Shown: positions 38,731 to 53,006, counted from the first letter of the stretch. The stretch: DNA of 64,000 nt from Magallana gigas (GCF_963853765.1 NC_088858.1:51522001-51586000); one strand, 5' to 3'. Notes: generated by a model not told the origin, from the letters alone. Translations and numbers: made by a program.

Positions 38731-41700
38731 GCATCATCATGATTATTTCGTGCAGTCCTAGAGTTTACTTAGGTCACTGTAGATTCAGACCAATCGATAA
38801 ACAGGGCGTGTCAATTTCAGTCCTGTCACTTTCATCCGCTGTAGATTTCGACCAATCGATAAATGGGGCGTGTAAATTTCAATTTGGCTGTTTCTATAGA
38901 GCTATGCATTGACTATATTTTTCCGTAAGAAAAAGAGGAAATTATACATGGTAGATGTAAACATAAAGCTACAAAAAAGATAAAGTTTTATGTCGTGTAT
39001 TAAGTTACATTAAATATGATTACATGTATTCAAGTTCATACTAATTGCATCGCCAAATTCTTTTTATTCAAAATTGTTAGTGAAACTAGACAAGACAAGA
39101 ACTATGATGTATGCAAAAATAAATAACACAGTCAATATTCATTGATTATAGCACGCATTGCTATGTATATAGTGTCCCCTTTCTGTATTCTAACTCTCTG
39201 AAGGGCGTAGTCTCATTACCCTGGGGGTAAAGGTTTCTCGATTAACTATGTTGGAAACCCTCACCAGTCTCGAGTATGTTTGTGTTATTGGCCGTGGTTT
39301 AATTTAACTCATCAATTTTAATTTTGTTTCATTTATGCATGTACATATGATTTTAATCCACCAATGGGAACAGAAAGGTATGGTTCTACACTATATATTG
39401 ATTTGGTGTTTAATGCTTTATATAGTACATGCATATAAAATATAGTACATTAAATATAAATCATTGCAAACGACGATGACTGTGATAGAGCTAAATGCGG
39501 ACCCCGGACCTTGCATGGCTTGAGTCGATGTAAAAATAACACTTGTCATATCAGTATAAACGCTTGCTTCTGCTTAGGCTATTATTTCATTCTTTATTTG
39601 TTATAATCCTGATATTATTATTTTTTTAATGTATATGCCCCCTGTGGGCCATCGATTAGTGAATAAAGAAAAAATACAGGCAAGAGTTAGACTTCAAAAC
39701 GTCTAGCATAGAAGTTTGAAAGATGCACAAAACGAACTTAATTTCTGAGAATTTACCCCGAAAATAACCGTCATGCAAGTAAACATACCCCCTCCAAAAA
39801 AAAATAAAAATAAATGTAAGCTTGCAAAACTGGTTTGGTGTTTTTGCTTAACCAATCACATTCACTTTCAATGATTATTTGCCATTTTTGCCACTTTTTA
39901 CTATTTTTATGAAAAGTTTCTAGATCTACAGGTAGATTTCTAATTAGAGTGTTCACACAGAGTAGTTTAAGTCAGCAATTCACGAAAACAGCATGTTGTC
40001 AAGAAATATGTGGTCAGTAATAGATGGGCAACGCGGGTAGTTTAATCAATTATCTCTGTCGATGAAGAAAGATGGGGGGGGGGGGGGGGGGTACCGATTT
40101 GGTTTAGTCGTAAAATACAATTTCAAATTTAATTTTTCCAATTAAATCTATTTGATTTGCTGGAATACAACTATCACAATTTCAACTATATTTTTAGTTT
40201 TGGATATATATTTTAACAAACGGTTTCAATTTGACATTACTTACACTATGACTAGAGTATGGAACACAGACCCACTCTATAATTATATAGAAAAAGCATT
40301 GAAGTTCTAAAAAATGACATAATGTGGAGGTTTTTAATACGTATACTCCAGTTAAAATACACGCGTGCCAAGTGCTGAACATATCTAAGGGGTACAAATC
40401 AATATAACATTAAATAAAACTATAACATACAATTTTTTGAATGAATTTTTTGAAAATTATCAGATTTGATGATATTCCAGTTTTTCAGTATCTTTTATCC
40501 GTCTTTATATAGGCATTCTACTCGTCTTAACCAGCCATCTTGTTTATAATCAAAACTGCACACGAATACTGGATACCGTAGGTAGATCTATAATTTGTCT
40601 TGATAAATATATTGGTCTTAAGTTTGGAGAACGTGTACAGTAAAGGAAAATAAACAGACTACGAATGTCTTACCTGTGTAGGCTAAACAGTGCCCACGTA
40701 CACCTGTCTGATCAATAAACTGGACAGGTATTTTATCTCACGTGTAGGATTGAAGAACATTTCATTTTCTCATGCGTGGATCTAGAAGTGGTGTGTTAAG
40801 TTGTCATTTACAATTAATAAACGAATAAACGATTTCAACAATATGTACACGTGTAACTTCTGATTAATTCTTACCGTGGTACGCATAATCACAAATTATT
40901 TTTTAAATAGTTCGCACTACAATTATAGAAATAATACTTTTAATGAGTTTATTTCCATGTAATTTATTAAATTTTACATGCAGGCCGGTTATTATAGGTT
41001 TCATAAGAATGTATTTTATTTTAGGCCACAATTAGTAAAAATTGTAGACTGGTGGAAGAAGATTAACCATGGATATACCGATTTCTCTATATTTATTATT
41101 ACCAAAAATTCGCTATACCGATATATGTATTTAGGACTTTGCTATAACCAAGTTTTTTTGTGTGACCTTAGATCAATTGTTATCATGGTTCACACATCAC
41201 TGTGTTTTAACACGCACAGAACTGTAGCTCCCATGTCGTCCATCCGATTTTTTTTTCGGCCGAGGTATTATTTTTTAAGCCAGCGGCCAACATCGCGCTG
41301 TAATATATTATTTTCCGAAAATTGTTCAAAACATCTCGCTCAAGTTTTCACGGCCAGAAACATAAATAACAATGTTATTCATGTCTATGGTTTTGCCGAC
41401 GACATTCCCAATGATTCCCGTGATTACTCGTGTGCATTTTTTTTTCATTTATTTCGTGTTTAAGTTTTTGTTCATTAGGCCTACAATCATGACAATTGAA
41501 TCTTCGGAAAAATCAATAAACATTGAATGAAAATTTAATCATCAGCCAGGCATTTTTACAGTGTGTTGTGTAAACTTGTGCGTATAGTTTATATAATTAT
41601 TTTGACGAAAAAAAAAATTAACGATCAATTCTTAATAATATCTCTTGTAGAGATGAAAAAAAGAAGCAACGCTTTTTTGTGAAAGGCCTCTTGAAATTTT

Positions 41701-41873
41701 TTTTTGTTTTCCGGATTTGTAAAGGTTTATCCAACAAGTTGAAAATTAGTATTCAAATACCTCTTCCAGTTGTAATGGCTGGACAGTATTCTCCATGAAA
41801 AGTAAATTTTCTGCGTGATTTCGTGTCTCTGCCTTCATAATTTGAACCTGGCACATTCTGAGACTTTGCAGAC

Positions 41874-44800
41874 ATGGAGCCCGGAATAATAGAAACCGGG
41901 CTGGTCGTTGGTTTCTACAGTTATGTTTGTTTGTTCTGGAACCAGAACTTCGTCGAGGAAACGAAACACTTTAAAATACTTGGTAAGGTGTATTGTGTGC
42001 TTCTGCTTGTCACTTTATAAAATTTAATCACCTTTGGTTTTTATATATCGAAACAGTGGCGGATCAAGAAGGAGGGGTTTAAATAATATATATTATATAC
42101 ATGTTATATATACAGGGTAGTTACCAGTTACGGCCAACGGGATAAACACTAAAACAGGTCATGAACAACCTCTTGATTTAACTATACAGTTTAAAAAAAC
42201 TATATAGCTTTATCAAGATAATCAAAGTGGCTTACTATGTGCTTTCATATACATTTTTTGCAGTTAATTTAGAACAGTTTTTCCTTTTTGGGGTGGGGAT
42301 GCTTTTGTTTTCTTTTGCTTTCAGGTACACATGCTCAGCTTTTTTACAAAAGGAAAAAATCACTGAACATTTATTTGTGAAGTTTACTGCTGATCATTTA
42401 TTTACAGGTTGTTCCATCTGTCTGATGCTTCTCATGTCCCTCCATCAAATTGTCCCAGTCATAGGCAGGAAAGCTGCAGAGGAAACAGGGACATCCTCTC
42501 AGGAAACACAGACCTCCTCACAGGATAATGTCTACAGGTAAACACATGACTGACTTACCAAAACCTTCTTTTGGGTTGTGTGTCCGTGAAATATACCAGT
42601 AAATTTTTATACTTGTGGCTTTTGCTCTTGAATTACAAAGACTTTTGTTTAAACTCCAACAGAAGCAATATATATCACTGTTTGGATTAAAATCTTTTTA
42701 GAAATCTGAATTTACTTTTTATTCTATTTGTTTTGTGCTGTCTGTGATTTCTTGATATTTGTGCACAAAATATGGGTATGTACATCAGTGAAAGTCTTTA
42801 TTTGAATAAGCATTGGCTTTTAATATGGTTTACATTCCAACCGTTTGGGTGAGCACAGCTAAAAAGTAATGTCTTTTAAGGGATTAACAGCGAGCTTATG
42901 TGCTAAAACAGAGTCATCTTTAAATCATTGATTGTAACATTTTAAACCTCATTTTTATGTTATCACTGATGTATTTGTTTTTTAATGGTGTGCGTTTAAC
43001 TTGTTTTCAGAAGTAGATCTGATCCGGGTTTATGGTGCAGCTTGTTGATACCCATGGCTTTGACTACAAACTTGTTACGCCGTAGGTTAAATTGAAAGAA
43101 ACATGCGCAAAACAAGCAAACAAGCCGGCTAACTCCTGAAGTGTAGTATGATATTTGAAATCTACAGATGGCTTTTCACATGTTATTTAATTAAAGTGTA
43201 AGAAATATCTTTTGAACAGAGCCGGATGTGAACAGTGGGCCTGTGATCCTTGCCTATATCATTGTGGTGCTGGTTCTGGTTCGATTCAATCCCTCCGCGG
43301 TCACTCAGATTACCTGTGCCGGCCTCTTGTACTGGTTCAGGGAGGACTTTATGTCCAAAGGTACAAACAATGCCATACGTAGCTGTATACAGGACAACGC
43401 AATCTGAGGACCAAAATGTTGCCTGAGGCAAATCAAGTGTTAGAAAAGAAGTCTAACAACAGGAGTTACACAAGATATCATTCAAAAGATAGCTTGTTAA
43501 GCATTGGTGTTAATTTTGTTCTATATGAATTAATGCTTTACTTGGCAAATTTAGATGCCATGTTTGAAACAAATGTACATGTAATCAATAGTTTCTAGGG
43601 ATGCTTAAGGAATAAGATGAATTTTTACTATTGTTTTTAACATTCCATACAATTACAAGTTGTGTAAAGAAGGATGAGGTACATGTAGTACAAAGTTTAT
43701 TATTATGATGAATACAGTACATGAAATAATCTGCTTTTAGCCTTAAATTTAATCTTTTTATGTCAAGTCACTTGACTCAAATGCCTGTGATTACATCATG
43801 TTGACCTTTAATTCTTTCTCCCCCTGAAGATCGACAAGAACAAGTGGTGTTGGTGTGTCTTTGTGTGGTGGTCTACCATCTCCTGGGCAGAATTCCCCGG
43901 GCTTTCCCCCACTCCTTCACAGAAGGGGAGCTGGCTGTGTGCCTACAAATCGTCTTCATTCCATTGTATCCCATTGTAGTAATCGCGTGTCAGGTGAGTT
44001 TGCAGTGGAGGTGCTATAAAAATGAAATTTCAAGTTATGTGAAATTTTTGGTCATTACCATTATTATCAGAAATATTTGCTGTGAATGCTAATCATCTTT
44101 GATATTAAGTGATTGAATTTGACCAAAAATTGGCTGTTATTCAAAGATTATATTCAAGAACATCTCGAAACAGTGCTGTTAACATTATTTTTAAAGTCAT
44201 GAATTAAACAATCTGGTTTTCAGTTTTGGGAAATCTGTTTAATGAAATTTGATGAATATTTTTTAAAAAAAAAATGTATATATTTTAGAAATGGTAAGAT
44301 AACATTTCACAGTCTGGCTTTGTTATTCTACCAGCATGCGACCAGTTCTTGCCAAGTACCATTTCTCGCCAGTGTATTGTTACATCATTTTTCTTATTTA
44401 ATGTGTTGATAAAAAGACGTAACAATGCACTGGCGAGAAATGGTACTAGGCAAGAACTAGTCGCACACCAACAATTAATTTTGATTTTTGGAGTGGTCCG
44501 CCTTGAATAAGTTAGCAGCTATCTCTGACTTGTAGGCCCTACAGAGGGGTGTCAGTATCATCAGCTTACCAACAAGTCTCTCCATCGCCCTGGTCAGTGT
44601 TAAACCAAGTCTCTTATAGCAGCTTACGTAATGTTTTTGCTAATTATTCATAAATTATGATAAAAATCAGTTATAATTCGTTACTAACTTTACCTAATGA
44701 TTGATTTTAGTATTAAAGTTTTGTGGAATTCTTGATTCCTTGATTTAACCATTGACAAAAGATCAGCAGTTGCTTTAAACGGTAATTTACATTAACTGTT

Positions 44801-46884
44801 CCAGTGAAGATGCAGAAATTAACAGCTGATGGACATAGGATGTCTTTGTAGATGGCGTTTACCGGGGTTCTAGTGGGGACCCTGTTCGTGAGTGTGATCC
44901 GTGTTAACAGTGGAGGGATGAGGTTTGCAGTCTCCTATGGACTGGCCTTCATGTGTGCCCTGGTTCCTCTGTCAATCAAGTTGTATGGTACTCCGTTACT
45001 GGCGTACAGAGAAGTGACACATTACCTGACAGGCTCCAGAGACAGGGTAAAGGCTGAGAAAGGTCACTGACCACCTGATATTTGTAAATCACAACAAGGC
45101 TTCATTCACTCAATGTCAGTGTACAATTAAAAAACAAGCATTTATATATCATCAACAAAAATACAGTACGAGAAATTTTATCAGATTTCATTTTTATCAT
45201 TAACCAACTAGATTCACAGTTTACAAGACATAATTTTTTGACATTTTAACTTTATCTCTAGGTGAACCTGATTCTGTGGTGGGGCTTTCTTGTCCTCGTA
45301 AGCCTGTTTATTACAATGGTGAACCAAAACAAGACTACTTCCAGTGGCTCCACACGCCTGCGCAAGGTGTTTCATGTCCTTATCCTGGGGGTGTATGTTC
45401 CTGGGCTGGTCACTGACGCCAGTCTTTTGTTTGCAGCCTCCTGGGTGGCCCTGGGGTGTTTGGTAATAGGGGAGGTATGTGCATCAGTGTATTCTAGAAT
45501 TTGGTAATGTTTTAACAATAAACAATACTTAGTTATATTTTAATGACAGAGAGCAAGACAGTACAGCAGATTTTTTTAAAGCAATTTATTCATGTCAATG
45601 TTAAAGGTTTTATATGTCTTCAAATCTGTTATGTTATGTTTTCATGAAACGTTTGCTTTTTCAATTCATCATCTTAATGAGCAAAAGGTTGTCCATCCAT
45701 TATACTTCTCAAAAACTCTTGGCTAAAAAAGATTCAGATATATATTTGAGCTGACTATCTTCTATAAGTTAGCAGTCAATGTACTGATATGCTACTATTT
45801 GTGTTTGGTTTCAGACGGTGCGACTACTACAGGTGCCCCCTCTGGGATCCCTCCTCCACAGGTGTTACTCGGTCTTCCTCAGTTCCCAGGACACAGGGAG
45901 GCTGGTGCTGACCCCCCTCTATCTCCTCTGTGGTTTCTCCCTCCCCCTGTGGATCCATACATTCCAGTGTATGTAGATAAGCATTGGATTCAGAGGGCAA
46001 TTGTTGGCAAGGAATGGTCACATGATCAGTTTGAACCAGTGGCAACCAATTGATTTTAACTAATGTGCTAACAATTTTATGATATTTTAAGAGATTGAGA
46101 ACTTTTTTTCTTGCAGGGTGTGATTTTTCAAACATGTTGCCTCTCTTTGCTGGTGTATTATCAGTTGGTATTGGAGATACTATGGCCTCAGTTGTGGGCA
46201 GTGCAATAGGAAAGCATAAAGTATTGGGTAGGTTTAATGTAAAGTTCATTATGTGTTATCACCACAGGCTCCCTCCTATTTTGTGTTTGTAATTTTTACT
46301 TTTTATTCTCAGGTGGTCAGAAAACTGTTGAAGGAACAGTTGCATCCATTATATCTCAGCTTGTGTTCCTCTACATTTTAGATCTTATTTGTAAGTATGA
46401 TCCTGCTTAAACAATTCATATATTTTTGCGGCCCCAAAAGGGTATTAAAATTCATATAAAATATGATTTATTAATACATTGTCTAACCAAAAAGCTATGT
46501 GTTTCTTAGAAGCGTTGGGAAGGAATGGGATGATTAATTTAGGGATATATTATCATTATTTCTTGTTGCAATGCAAGGAAATATTGCTTAAATGTTGTTG
46601 TACAGAATAAAAGTGGTGATTCAATCAGTGTAATTGTCTGTTTATCAAGGCTTATTTTGATGTTCATTAGTTCTGTTAAGTGCCTTGTGGGTGAGTACTG
46701 TCTGAGTGACCAGTAATAACTGTTTCCCTCTGTTGCAGTGTTTGGTGGTGCCATACATCCCCAGTGGTTGGTGGTGACTGGGATTGTTACAGTTACCTCC
46801 CTTCTGGAAGCCTCCACCTCACAGATAGACAACCACGTTCTTCCATTGTTTATGTACAATCTTCTACTGACCCTGAAGTCCTGA
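41874..46884 (+). CDS. DOLK: Dolichol kinase, about 12 coding exons
   Basis: Exons at ~41874-41982, 42408-42537, 43011-43081, 43221-43360, 43829-43993 (PHSFTEGE), 44536-44595, 44852-45046, 45263-45474 (RKVFH), 45815-45950 ([21 protein letters not shown]), 46117-46227 ([16 protein letters not shown]), 46313-46370 (KTVEGT), 46740-46884 ([17 protein letters not shown]). Confidence 0.92.
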
Positions 46885-47569
46885 TGGTCAGCAATAGAAG
46901 TAGACATCCATATTGTGCCATTGTTTATGTACAATCTTCTACTGACCCTGAAGTCCAGATAGTCAGCATTAGTTGTAGACAATCTTACTCTGTCATTAGT
47001 CCTGCAGTACAGTAATCTCCTACTGAGAAGGAAGTCCCTATAGACATGACTAGTGATAGGAAATGATGCACGTATACACAATCATTGCCAGGTTTTTTTT
47101 ATTTTATTTTTTTATAGAAGTAGCTTAATGAGTGAGGCATTAATGATATAAATTAGAACTCAGTATATGGATTATAAGTGGTTAATATGCAATATTTGTG
47201 GTTCCTAGTAATAAATAGGCATACAAGAAATGATCTATCCAGGCGAATTCCTTACAGCTAAAGGTATTATGAATACGAATTAACCATTTTTATTTCATGG
47301 TGCAGAAGGCATGGGTATGGTAATTTGGCAACGTAGATCCAAACGCATGGCGGAATTGGCTATTGGTTTATTTAAATGTTAAATTGTTAATATTCAAAAT
47401 ATTTAAAATAGGTAAATATAAAACATTTTAAGAAGTTGTGGTCAACACAAAGCTTTGAAAATGATTCATGTCGTTATACAAGAACAAGTTACAACTTGAT
47501 CTTTTATCACATTTAATATTACATTTTTTGGGCATAGAGAGTATTGCACTGAAGTAAGTGTGAGTTACG

Positions 47570-47826
47570 TTTTGACCTACATATTAACAAACAATTGTAT
47601 GTCCACTTTGACCTACATATTAACAAACAATTGTATGTCCACTTTGACCTACATATTAACAAACAATTGTTTGTCCACTTTGACCTACATATTAACAAAC
47701 AATTGTATGTCCACTTTGACCTACATATTAACAAACAATTGTATGTCCACTTTGACCTACATATTAACAAACAATTGTATGTCCACTTTGACCTACATAT
47801 TAACAAACAATTGTATGTCCACTTTG
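47570..47826. repeat. 33-bp minisatellite, about 8 copies
   Basis: Unit TTTGACCTACATATTAACAAACAATTGTATGTCCAC-type; explains the three repetitive track ORFs here. Confidence 0.95.
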
Positions 47827-48411
47827 AGCAACCCAAACAGAAACGTTAAATATGAATGTTTGTTGAAGAATCATGCATTTCAACATTAGGTTGATTGAAT
47901 TATCGGTATATAAATGAATTATCTATCTGAATGGAGAATTTGTTTGTATACTTGTTATGTGTATAATCGTTTTAGAATATGCGTGATTTTTGACAGATGA
48001 AGAAGGTAATTTATCTCCTTTTTATGTCATTTAGGGTCTTTGATCTTAATATATATTTTGAATAAAATGACTATTTCAAGATGTTTGCATTTTGCCTTCT
48101 CTTGTTTGACTTTAAAGTATACTATAATTGTTACCGTAGTGGTTCTCAGTTTTAATGACATTATCCTAATGAACAATCCTGTTTGATTTGCTGTCCAGTA
48201 AGTATGTAACATCCAGACGTTTGTGTTGTTTATCTCCAAAATTCACACAAGAAAACCTTCGTATTTCTTATTTGAATGATGTACATGTAGTCCATTCGAC
48301 GACAAAAATACCGTAAGTATATGTCAGGATTCAATATTCACTATCCAGAACGAACGACATAATATAATTTATATATGTTATAAAAATCCTGCAAAGTTTC
48401 CGTATTTTGGC

Positions 48412-48820
48412 CACAGGTGCTTGTGGACTGGACCGTGCACTACCCCCCCCCTTTTTTTCTATATTTTTAAAAAAAAAAAAATTTTTTATTTCTTTTATTA
48501 ATTATCATTAACAACCCCTTATATATGCCTCCAGCCGAAAAATAAAAGAAATATCACGACTTGGTAGCATTTTATAATCACACTCGTTTCCCCTATATAT
48601 ATAAAGAGAGTTGCTTACCTTCTCTCTTTATATATATAGGGGAAACGAGTGTGATTATAAAATGCTACCAAGTCGTGATATTTCTTTTATTTTTCGACCG
48701 GAGACATATATAAGGGGTTGTAAATGATAATTAATAAAAGAAATAAAAAAAAATTTTGAAAAAAAAATATAGAAAAAGGGGGGGGGGGGTAGTGCACGGT
48801 CCAGTCCACAAGCACCTGTG
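48412..48820. mobile_element. Fully palindromic 409-bp MITE with 8-bp TSD
   Basis: Arms of ~199 bp beginning CACAGGTGCTTGTGGACTGGACC around an ~11-nt loop; ATTTTGGC at 48404-48411 and 48821-48828. Confidence 0.93.
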
Positions 48821-51249
48821 ATTTTGGCTCGATCATTGCCTTGTATGGAGGCACCTCAAAGAAGGATTATTTTTGTGACGAACATCGACAAGGACCATAT
48901 GTTATTCTGCGACACAGATTTATTTATATGGAATGAACATTATTATCGTAATGAACTTGTGTGAATCGCTGATAAATTGGTCTGATCTGTTTTTAGTTCA
49001 CATTGTAAATTTTCTGGGTGGCAGTAAATACAAAATTGACAACATGACAGTTTGTATGTTTTGAATTTACCGGGTGGCAGTAATTTTTTTTATTTACTGC
49101 CGTCCGGTTAATTCAAAATTTACAACATGACATTGGTAACACCGAAAGTGCAAACAAACGAGTTAATTCAACTTTAGAAATGACTCCTTTCATTATAGAC
49201 ATACATGTAACACTATACGATAAAAATAAAAACCAAATGGCATAATACCTCAGAACATTTTATATTGAGTCATATAATTAAGCTAAACCTACGAACGTAC
49301 GTAAATGCAATAAGTGTTATAGCATTTTTTTCTTCAATTCTTTGTTTGTCTTTAAAGGAAGTGAACATGAAAAAATTATCAAGGGCTCAAATTTGTCTGT
49401 TTGATGTGTATAATGATATCTGAAAACCGTTTAGACAGAGCTTTCCTCAGTAAAAAGATATACCACTTAGAATAACTAATTCTTGCAATCCATGAGCGCT
49501 GCCATATTGTTAAAATCATTACCTCCCTGCTGGGTTATCTCTAAGCATCTAAGAGAGGGCAGCACTGATGCTGCCGTCAGTGAGACACATTGCATTTTTA
49601 CACACAGTAACAGGGATAAAATGCCATCATCAAAATGTGAATGGAAACTTGAAAGGAATGTAAAGAGTTGTCATTTTAAACAGTGTTTATGGAGGAAGAT
49701 TTTGGATCTCAGAATGATGCATTCCCACCAGCAGTTAATGTGACATGTAACTAGAATGGAATGTCCGTGGATCAGTGTTATTGTGACCTATTTTTTCTTG
49801 CACTCGGGAATTTCTTGTTTATGAGTTTGAACATTATGTGTGCTACATAAAAGAGCACACAATGTGCATTGCACAGCATCCTGACTTTTAAAAAAGTGTC
49901 TTAGTCCTGTTATTCTTCTGACAGCATAAACAGAACCGGCGTACAGATCATCAAGATCTTATGTATGAAAAAAGAACAAATCAGAAAAATTTCCAGGGCA
50001 TTTAAATAAAAAGTAACGGTAAGAAACCCCACATGGAAAATGGAATTACAATTTTATATTAATTTAAATTGAAATCTAAAAACAGCATTTTATTTATGTA
50101 AACACTGACTGCCACATGCATCTCCATACAAACATCTGGAATGTGATGGTCTTATATTTCACAAATTAATTTATCTATATATTCATTTTTTGTGCAAATC
50201 ATAAATAGTTATCTGAGGTTCATTCATAGAAATGTACTTCTCATGACAGTACACAAAATTTTTCTTCACATCAAGGCATAATTTTTCTCCTCAACTTTTA
50301 TCAACTCTGTACATAAACACTGGCCTAGTTCCAACATTGACCCAGTCACCAGCAGCAATGTGGCTTATCTACGTCAGAGAACAGATGCATGCTGGGGAAT
50401 AATGGATTACCTCCATAAACCTTTCACTGAGAGTGTTAAATTGATAAAATCTCTTGATAGAAATAAACAAAGTGGTAACAGACCTTATTTTTAAGTTTCA
50501 AAAGGCTTTTATAATTTATTAAGCAACAATTATTTTTTTCATGTTCACTTCCTTTAAATACTGTATTAGGTTTAGTTGCTTATTGACAGTAATTTCTATA
50601 ACGTCGAATCTTTCGTACACAAAGTATTTATACATGTAAGACCTAAAATGCTCGACCTGTTTATCCATTGACGTTGATTAAAAGCAGCAGACATTTAAAT
50701 CGATTTTAACAAATATAGGTTGTGAAATGGACATACTTCTCATGGATTCTATTTTTAGTTGGATAGTTCACGGGTAAGTATGATCACTTTAAGATTCTTT
50801 CTGTTTAAATATGCAAGATGACAAAGGTCAGAAGATGTTAGGTAATAATATTCCATGTCATACTGTCTGAAATTCCTTTAATCAGAAATTTGGGATTTAT
50901 AGACAGAAGAATCCGCTCAATGTTATTCTTCTTCTATAGATACGTACCCACACAGCACACGGATTTATATATAGAACAAGCATGCGCGGATCCAGAAAAG
51001 TTATCCGGTGAATAATTTTTTTCTACGGGAGGGGGGGGGGGGGGGTCCGAGGCCTAATTTCGGGAATTTTATTATTAGTATTAAAGAAGAACTCAAATTT
51101 TATGACATCTCAATTTTATGACATCTCTTTTAAAAGGAACTGGCATCTATTGTCCCATTTATAACAGTTTCGACACTTTCTGATATGAATATTCAAAATT
51201 TGGGGTTTCAAAGACTGGAACTCTACATCCAAAAGCAATTTTTTAAAAA

Positions 51250-51470
51250 GCAGATTATACTGATAATAAAGCTATTTTTTTTTTACAAAGCAGATTAAAC
51301 TGTATATTAATAAAGCAAAAATTTATCACAGCAGATTATACTGTATAATAAAGCAATATTTTTTATAAACCAGATTAAACTGTGTAATAAAGCAATGGTT
51401 TTTTTTCAGAGCAGCTTATACTAAATATTTGTTTTACAAAGCAGATTATACTGTATAATAAAGCAATGTT
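51250..51470. repeat. Degenerate ~35-40-bp tandem repeat, about 6 copies
   Basis: Recurring AAAGCAGATTA(T/A)ACTG(T)ATAATAAAGC. Confidence 0.7.
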
Positions 51471-52053
51471 TTTCTTTTTTCAATTATAACCCATGAGGGG
51501 TGAAAGACTGATGCACGTATCAAATTATTGATGTATTGAAATCAGATCTACCTTGATTTTTTTTTATATATGATCTTTAAAAGGTATCCTTGCTAAAACC
51601 TATTTGGTAAAAAAGCCCTATATTTTACCCGTAACTTTCAAACTTGAATATTATCTTATATCTTTTTACAAAGCTTTTCTTCATAAGAAGGAAGAGCAAT
51701 ACAGTCTAAAAATGGCAACAACACTGAAGCCCTTATTATTGTTTTAAATGTAAAGGAATATCGGCGTCAATCATCTTAGTTCTAATGGGTTTTTTTCACA
51801 TTTGCAAAATTTTGAAAAAGATGAATGAATATCCCATAATCTCCATTGTCTAGTTCCTCTTTTCTCCTCTTTCTTTGAGTTGGCATATGCCTTACCTTCG
51901 TCGTAAGTTAGACTTTCTGATAAAATGGCTCCCAGGGTTCCATATATAGGATACTAGTACCTTAAAGATTACACAACATTCTCTTGTTTTCTTTTATTAC
52001 AGGTCTGAGTACCTCACTGTATATAAAGTTATTACATCACACACGAGGTGGAC

Positions 52054-53006
52054 ATGAAAACAACAACTGATATCTCGGACGTTACCGTCTCTTCCAAAGA
52101 TGGCTCCAAAGGCACAATCGCTAATTTTCTCCTCTCGGCTGTGATGTTACTTATTTGTATTTTCTGCTGTAAAGCAGGTAGAAACATCTGTGAATGCATC
52201 AAGTCCTTCCTTCTCCAGGGTGTTAGATCTACGTGCTGTGATAATGCCTCGAGTAGATTAACGTGTTGTGATGATGTGTCTGATAGATTGACGTGCTGTG
52301 ATCATGTCTCCTGCGACTGCAGTAGCTGTTTGAAAAGGATCCATCAAGGCAGGGAAGCACTAGCAAGTAGAGTACGTGAATACTGGGAAAGGTACAGAAG
52401 CAATAGCAGGAACAATGCACACACTGAAGCGCCACCTACAGTTACGCCTCCCCCGATCGTTTGCTGCTGGACGACCATTCAATACATTCATCCCTGAACG
52501 AGGACTATTCTCACCCATCCCCGACACATATCCCCCCGCCATCCTATGGCAGCGTTGTCACTGCATCCTCTTGTCCACCTCCTAGTTATGAGGAGTTTCA
52601 GCGCATGGATGTCAGCACCAATGCCATCATAAGAGCACTTTCTGCTGACTCTGTTATACCTGCACAAAATGACTATGATTCTGACGACTCATTTGTGAGT
52701 GCCATTAGTTATCAACTTGCAAATTCTACTCAAGAAATTCCTGTGCTTTTTGACAGTATTTTAAATAACTCCTCGCAACCATCATCTTGTTATGAGGATT
52801 TTCAACGCATGGATGATAGCAGCCATACAAGCAATGCAGCCAGAGCACCATCTTCCTGCTTTGTTCCATTGCCACCAACTGACGATTCGTTTCCGAATAA
52901 CGATAGTTCTCACCGTGCAAATTCTAGCCAGGATCCTCCACCTCCCTCCTATGACAGTGTTGTCACTGACCCCGCACTACCACCCCCTAGTTATGACGAA
53001 ATGTAA
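52054..53006 (+). pseudogene. Single-pass Cys-rich/PPxY protein, copy 1, with an apparent 1-nt frameshift near 52450
   Basis: ORF 52054-52497 (TM + Cys repeats) continues in ORF 52461-53006 (PPSY motifs). ACGCCTCCCCCGATCGT is one base shorter than copy-2 ACGTCTTCTCCTGATCGT. Could be an assembly error. Confidence 0.7.

Noticed and set aside
40978-41463. 161-aa ORF upstream of DOLK
   Set aside because: AT-rich composition with no motifs or splice support; probably promoter or intergenic DNA.
46539-47081. 180-aa antisense ORF over the DOLK last exon
   Set aside because: Explained by the DOLK exon and its duplicated 3' segment.
47519-47889. Repetitive ORFs (CRSKWTYNCLLI, MSTLTYILTNNC)
   Set aside because: These are products of a 33-bp minisatellite open in several frames.
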